Of a stretch of DNA of 64,000 nucleotides, positions 57,554 to 64,000 are shown piece by piece; position 1 is the first letter of the stretch; every line of letters begins with the position of its first letter. Made by a program: the position numbers and the translations under genes. The stretch comes from an uncultured Akkermansia sp. GTDB lineage: Bacteria > Verrucomicrobiota > Verrucomicrobiia > Verrucomicrobiales > Akkermansiaceae. The notes under the pieces were generated by a model. The model made no database searches. It saw only the letters and a program-made list of their open reading frames with translations, and was not told the origin of the DNA. The stretch covers positions 37,684 to 101,683 of the forward strand of contig CAZGGR010000004.1 of the NCBI GenBank assembly GCA_964525305.1, written 5' to 3'.

Positions 57554-58810
57554 TTATTTAACGTAAGTCTTAAGCACCCGCTTAATAATGGCCAAGGCCT
57601 GTTGAACCTCATCTTCACTCACATTCAGAGGAGGCAACAATCGGACGGTTTCCGGCCCAGCAGGAACAGAAAGCAAGCCCTCCTGTCGTAAAGCTTCCAC
57701 CACGACGGCAGCAACAGTCTTTCCCTCAGGCGCCTCAATCATGGCCGGATTTAAACCAATACCCAGTAATAGCCCCAATCCCCGTACTCCCTGAACAACG
57801 GGTAAGTTCCATGATTCTATTTCTTTTCGGATTCCGGCACCTACACGTTGTGCTCGTTCAGGAAGTCTCTGAGAAACCACTTCTCTCAACACAGCCAAAC
57901 TTACAGCAGTTCCAAGCGGATTTCCACCATACGTGGACCCATGAGAGCCGGGATCCATGATAGAAGAAAGTTCCGTACCTTGTTCATCAATAACACGGTC
58001 AGAAATCCAAAAACCACCGATAGGGAAGCCTCCTCCCAATGCTTTAGCCCAAGAAATACCATCCGGTTCCACATCCGGAGCCACGGCACGCCATCCCATG
58101 ATATTTCCACAACGCCCAAAGCCACACTGCACCTCGTCTATTAACAATAGCAAATCATGTTCACGACACAGTTGGGCTAACCCACGTAAAAATTCCGGAG
58201 TTACACAATTAACACCACCCTCACCTTGCACAGGTTCCAACATAAACGCAACCGTTTCTGGCCTAATAGCTTTTCTAGCTGTTTCCAGATCGTTAAATGG
58301 CAAATGTCGAAATCCGGGCAACATAGGATCAAAACCAATCTTGATCTTATCTTGTCCTGTTGCAGACATGCTACCCAGCGTTCTTCCATGGAAAGATTTA
58401 TTGAATGTAAGAACTTCATAACGAGGCTTCCCGTCCGGCTGCGTTTTACGATGGCCATAACGCCGAGCAACCTTAATCAAGCCATCATTGGATTCCGCTC
58501 CACTATTGGAAAAAAAGATCTTCCCCGGACGTTCCACACACTTGGTTACAATAAACTCCGCCAAATCTGCCTGCTGAGGGATCTGATACAAGTTGGAACA
58601 ATGAACCAAGGTTGCTGCTTGCTTTTGCAAAGCTTGTGTCATCACAGGATGACAATGTCCAAGCACACAAGTTGCAATACCAGCACAGAAGTCCAGATAG
58701 CACTTCCCTGCACTGTCCCATAAACGGGCACCTTCTCCTCGCACGGCGACCATGGGATAACGACCATAGGAATGAAGTACGTACTGGTTGAGTTTTTCTT
58801 CTGTGTTCAT
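57554..58810 (-). CDS. argD: acetylornithine / class-III PLP aminotransferase
   Basis: 418 aa. FSNSGAESNDGLIKVAR, DEVQCGFGRCG and the PLP-Lys region WAKALGGGFP. Substrate specificity is inferred. Confidence 0.82.
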   Translation of the reverse strand: MNTEEKLNQYVLHSYGRYPMVAVRGEGARLWDSAGKCYLDFCAGIATCVLGHCHPVMTQALQKQAATLVHCSNLYQIPQQADLAEFIVTKCVERPGKIFFSNSGAESNDGLIKVARRYGHRKTQPDGKPRYEVLTFNKSFHGRTLGSMSATGQDKIKIGFDPMLPGFRHLPFNDLETARKAIRPETVAFMLEPVQGEGGVNCVTPEFLRGLAQLCREHDLLLLIDEVQCGFGRCGNIMGWRAVAPDVEPDGISWAKALGGGFPIGGFWISDRVIDEQGTELSSIMDPGSHGSTYGGNPLGTAVSLAVLREVVSQRLPERAQRVGAGIRKEIESWNLPVVQGVRGLGLLLGIGLNPAMIEAPEGKTVAAVVVEALRQEGLLSVPAGPETVRLLPPLNVSEDEVQQALAIIKRVLKTYVK

Positions 58811-58978
58811 AGCTGAAATAAGACGGATGTAGTTTGCGCTTCTACTCTCGTCTGTAAATAATTTTTTTTACTCACTGCGTCACGATAAGAAAGAAATCTA
58901 TCCGCGCAAAGACATTCATTTTTCTTTTCTTTTGCCATTTTGACGGCAGAATCGTTCCGCAACCATCAACAATTTACT

Positions 58979-59392
58979 ATGGCTCATTTTTTCAATCCAA
59001 AAGGTTTTCTGGAAGAGTTTAAGGCATTTGCTCTTAAAGGGAACGTCATTGACTTGGCAGTGGCAGTCGTCGTAGGTGGCGCATTTAACAAAATCGTTTC
59101 TGTTTTTGTCTCCAGCATTATTACCCCCATCATTGGTTACCTGACATCAGGAGTCAATATGGCTGATCTTTCTCTAAAACTGGGAGAAGTTGAACTGAAA
59201 TATGGAGAACTCCTTCAAGCTACGATTGATTTCCTCATTATTGCCTTTTCTATTTTTGTGGCTATCAAGCTTGCTACATCTCTGCGGAGTAAGAGCGAAG
59301 AAAAACCTTCCGAACCCGCACCCAAACCGGACGATGTTGTCCTTTTGGAACAAATCCGTGACATCCTCCAAAAACAAATGGAGAACAAATAA
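58979..59392 (+). CDS. mscL: large-conductance mechanosensitive channel
   Basis: FLEEFKAFALKGNVIDLAVAVVVGGAFNKIV... and 137 aa from the ATG at 58979. Confidence 0.92.
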   Translation: MAHFFNPKGFLEEFKAFALKGNVIDLAVAVVVGGAFNKIVSVFVSSIITPIIGYLTSGVNMADLSLKLGEVELKYGELLQATIDFLIIAFSIFVAIKLATSLRSKSEEKPSEPAPKPDDVVLLEQIRDILQKQMENK

Positions 59393-59412
59393 TTTCGGGT
59401 TTAATAAGTCTT

Positions 59413-59442
59413 AGCCGATTCCTGAAGGAATCGGCTTTTTTT
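59413..59442 (+). terminator. rho-independent terminator after mscL
   Basis: AGCCGAUUCC-UGAA-GGAAUCGGCU followed by U6. Confidence 0.8.
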
Positions 59443-59480
59443 CTTTACTTGCCATTGAGCAAACGGGAAAATGCTTTTCT

Positions 59481-60626
59481 ATGGATACCTCAGTCTCTCG
59501 TTGGATTTGTTCCCTATTGCTTGCACCGACGCTGTCGTTCGCAGCAGAGTCTCAGCAATTTATTTTGCCCAAGCCTCTCCCTGTAAAGACAATTACGGAA
59601 ACGAATCGTCATCACCCCGTAAAAAACGTCATTTTAATGATTGGGGACGGGATGGGTATTCACCATCTTTTTGCCGCATGGGCGGCCAATCACGGTCGCT
59701 TGTGTATTGAAAACTGCCCGGTTACAGGAATCTCCAAAACCTGGTGTGCTAATAAACTGGTAACAGACTCCGCTGCAGCCGGGACCGCTATGGCCACAGG
59801 GACAAAAACGCTTTATCACCGAGTCGCGGTATGTCCCAACGGTAACAAGCTGGACTCTTTGGTAGATAAAGCAGCAGATTTGGGTAAATCTACCGGGGTT
59901 ATCGCTACCTGTGAGCTGAATGATGCCACTCCGGCTTCTTTCTGTGCCAATAATGAAGAAAGATCAAATGCATACGAGATTATAGGTAATTACCCGGATT
60001 CTCGTGCTGATTTTATCTTTGGAGGAGGAGCCAAATACTTCACTCAAAGACCTGATGGAAGAGACATTTTCCAAGAAATGAAATCAAAGGGCTATAAAAT
60101 AGCTCATACTTGGGAAGAAGCAGCAGCACTACCTCTTGGCAAGATGTTGACCGTCACTGCTCCAGGAAACCTTCCTCCGCCTTCCAGTCGCGGCGATGTT
60201 CTCCGCAAAGCTACTGCTAAAGCTCTGGAAAGTCTTTCAAAAAATCCAAAGGGGTTCTTTCTAATGGTGGAGGGCTCCAACATCGACAAAGCGGCACACC
60301 GCAACAATTTGGAAGAAATGATCGAAGAAGTTCTCGATTTTGATCAAACCGTCGGTATCGTCTTGGAATGGGCATCCAAACACCCCGGAACTTTAGTTGT
60401 TGTCACAGCTGATCACAATACGGGAGCTTTCGCTCTCACCGGAGGCGATAAGGAAAAAGGAGAAATAACCGCTCAATTCGGTTCCGGTAATCACGATGGA
60501 GTTTCTGTTCCTGTTTATGCTTTTGGCGCAGGCAGCGACTCTTTTTCCGGGATTTACGAGAATACATCCATTTTCCACAAGATTTTGACCGCTTTTAAAA
60601 AAGGAGCTAATCAACCAACTCGCTAA
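59481..60626 (+). CDS. alkaline phosphatase (PhoA family)
   Basis: Signal peptide. GDGMG, the active-site Ser block TDSAAAGTAMATG, and metal ligands (ATCELNDATPA, EGSNIDKAAH, TADHNTG). Confidence 0.85.
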   Translation: MDTSVSRWICSLLLAPTLSFAAESQQFILPKPLPVKTITETNRHHPVKNVILMIGDGMGIHHLFAAWAANHGRLCIENCPVTGISKTWCANKLVTDSAAAGTAMATGTKTLYHRVAVCPNGNKLDSLVDKAADLGKSTGVIATCELNDATPASFCANNEERSNAYEIIGNYPDSRADFIFGGGAKYFTQRPDGRDIFQEMKSKGYKIAHTWEEAAALPLGKMLTVTAPGNLPPPSSRGDVLRKATAKALESLSKNPKGFFLMVEGSNIDKAAHRNNLEEMIEEVLDFDQTVGIVLEWASKHPGTLVVVTADHNTGAFALTGGDKEKGEITAQFGSGNHDGVSVPVYAFGAGSDSFSGIYENTSIFHKILTAFKKGANQPTR

Positions 60627-60698
60627 AAATTTTAACACCGTGGTTCATCCATATGTCGAGCAATCAGCCCGACTCCTATGGGTTGCCAATCCACCCTA

Positions 60699-60977
60699 TT
60701 AAAAACACGGTTTGTGGGCCACCCCGGGGGCATTCAGATAACGCCGTCCAAAATACGATGCCACATCATTCATGGCTAATCCTGTTTCCATACTCGGTGT
60801 CATATCCTCCGGTGAGTCACAAATACGAGCTACATAAGCACTACGAGCCATACCCAACGCAAATAGTAAATTATCTAGCACAAAACAACCGGAGTTACTA
60901 CCACCGCCCCTTGCTGTGGGAGTAACTCCGGTGTAAGACATATGCCAAACACAAAAAAGATAGTGCGATACTATCAA
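60699..60977 (-). CDS. hypothetical small ORF, doubtful and possibly a gene remnant
   Basis: 92 aa with no recognisable motif. A 90-aa ORF on the opposite strand (60653..60925) fully mirrors it. The region contains a strong inverted repeat. Confidence 0.2.
   Translation of the reverse strand: MIVSHYLFCVWHMSYTGVTPTARGGGSNSGCFVLDNLLFALGMARSAYVARICDSPEDMTPSMETGLAMNDVASYFGRRYLNAPGVAHKPCF
60889..60931. repeat. perfect 11-bp inverted repeat with a 21-nt spacer
   Basis: CCGGAGTTACT (60889..60899) and AGTAACTCCGG (60921..60931). Confidence 0.85.
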
Positions 60978-61157
60978 TTATTGACACTCTCCTCTCTCCT
61001 TCATGTTTAATGCTCAGTCCTATAAGGGGCTAGGGCATACATGCCGCCAAACATCAGTAAACACGTAACTCCGGCTATCTGTATTTCCTTCCATAAGAAA
61101 AGCAAACCGGCCACAAAATCAACAATATACCGGATAATTCCCGAGGAAACTCTATAA

Positions 61158-63086
<1,929 letters not shown>

Positions 63087-63170
63087 ATAAATAAAACGAC
63101 CTATTCAGCCTAACTGAGTCCGCATTATGGGCTAGCCATCCTTCATAAAAACTATTACATTAACGCCATT

Positions 63171-64000
63171 ATGAATTTGGAACTGCTTCGTCAAGTTTGC
63201 GAAACTCCGGGAGCACCGGGGTTTGAAGACAAAATCCGTGACTTTATCATTCAAGAAGTAGCACCGCTAGCAGATGCTGTGCGCGTAGATAACATGGGTA
63301 GCGTCATTGCCATCGTTGAAGGGAAAGATACGGAAAAAACCATGATGGCTGCTGCCCACATGGATGAGATTGGCTTTATGGTTCGCCATATTGATGAAAA
63401 CGGCTTTATTAAGTTTTTGCCGCTTGGCGGTTTTGACGCCAAAACTCTGACTGCTCAACGCGTCATTGTTCATGGGAAAAAAGATCTCATTGGCGTTATG
63501 GGAGTAAAGCCCATTCATGTCATGTCTCCGGCAGAACGCACCAAATTGCCAGAAGTAACCGATTTCTTCATTGACTTAGGCATGAGTAAAGAAGAAGTAG
63601 AAAAATACGTTTCCGTAGGAGATTCCGTTACCCGTGAACGAGACTTGGTAGAAATGGGTGATTGCGTCAATGTTAAATCTTTGGACAACAGAGCCGGGTG
63701 CTATGTACTCATAGAAACCTTGCGTGCTATTAAATCTTCTCGCAAAAAGCCGGCCTGCAATTTTGTTGCTGCTTTCACTGTTCAAGAAGAAGTAGGTCTA
63801 AGAGGCGCTCAAGCAGGGACATTGGACATTCAACCAGATTTTTCTATTGCTCTAGATGTCACTATTGCCTGTGATATCCCCGGAACACCGGCACATGAAC
63901 AAGTATCCCGTTTGGGAGATGGAGCCGCTATCAAGTTATATGACGGCTCTGTGATTGCTGACCGACGCATGGTGAAGTTCATGAAAGCTATGGCAGAAAC
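63171..64000 (+). CDS. M42-family aminopeptidase / endoglucanase-like (FrvX/CelM), truncated by the window end
   Basis: My translation from the ATG at 63171 gives MNLELLRQVCETPGAPGFEDKIRDFI...AAHMDEIGFMV...SLDNRAGC...FTVQEEVGLRGA. The frame is open to the window edge. It is absent from the ORF track because no stop is seen. Confidence 0.85.
   Translation, partial: MNLELLRQVCETPGAPGFEDKIRDFIIQEVAPLADAVRVDNMGSVIAIVEGKDTEKTMMAAAHMDEIGFMVRHIDENGFIKFLPLGGFDAKTLTAQRVIVHGKKDLIGVMGVKPIHVMSPAERTKLPEVTDFFIDLGMSKEEVEKYVSVGDSVTRERDLVEMGDCVNVKSLDNRAGCYVLIETLRAIKSSRKKPACNFVAAFTVQEEVGLRGAQAGTLDIQPDFSIALDVTIACDIPGTPAHEQVSRLGDGAAIKLYDGSVIADRRMVKFMKAMAE

Overview
This window reads as core chromosome of a PVC-group bacterium, probably Verrucomicrobiota and Akkermansia-like. 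That assignment is an inference from gene content: a TAT-signal GH109-like oxidoreductase, GH16, GH20, an SGNH esterase and compact ribosomal proteins. No database search was possible. I support about 60 protein genes plus one small SRP RNA.

Gene order from left to right:
- ppk1 and ppx, then a truncated spc-type ribosomal cluster on the minus strand (rplX-rplE-rpsH-rplF-rplR-rpsE-rplO-secY-adk-map), then nadK.
- rlpA, a 5'-nucleotidase-like metallophosphoesterase, an orphan SNF2 helicase and a GH109-like enzyme.
- A coiled-coil membrane protein, ffs (SRP RNA), folC, a double-U32 Fe-S-type protein, rnr and a PduO-type adenosyltransferase.
- An AT-richer accessory-looking stretch: a PEGA lipoprotein plus beta-barrel pair, a small HTH protein, an MFS transporter, a divergent LysR-rtcB pair and an L,D-transpeptidase.
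- acnA, a PGRP-type amidase, topB, a cobA-hemD fusion, a PepSY-like protein and a YugP peptidase.
- A 2-oxoacid dehydrogenase E1a/E1b/E2 operon, lpxI, a tagA-like glycosyltransferase, a PhnP-like MBL hydrolase, recN and copA.
- GH16, an SGNH esterase, efp, an ACT-domain protein, argD, mscL, an alkaline phosphatase, GH20 and a partial M42 peptidase.

I found no CRISPR array, transposase, integrase, tRNA or rRNA gene, and no recognisable defence island. There is therefore no clear novel multi-gene system.

The most unusual signals:
- An EF-P with a non-canonical, EfpL-like Cys-Pro-Pro-Arg loop encoded across a C8 homopolymer.
- A SecY with an extra C-terminal hydrophobic helix.
- A compact RtcB under an apparent LysR regulator, with no known partner genes.
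- A perfect inverted-repeat operator candidate linking the HTH gene, the envelope pair and the MFS gene.
- A fused double-U32 protein with two 4-Cys motifs.
- An 800-bp gene-poor stretch containing a strong inverted repeat.
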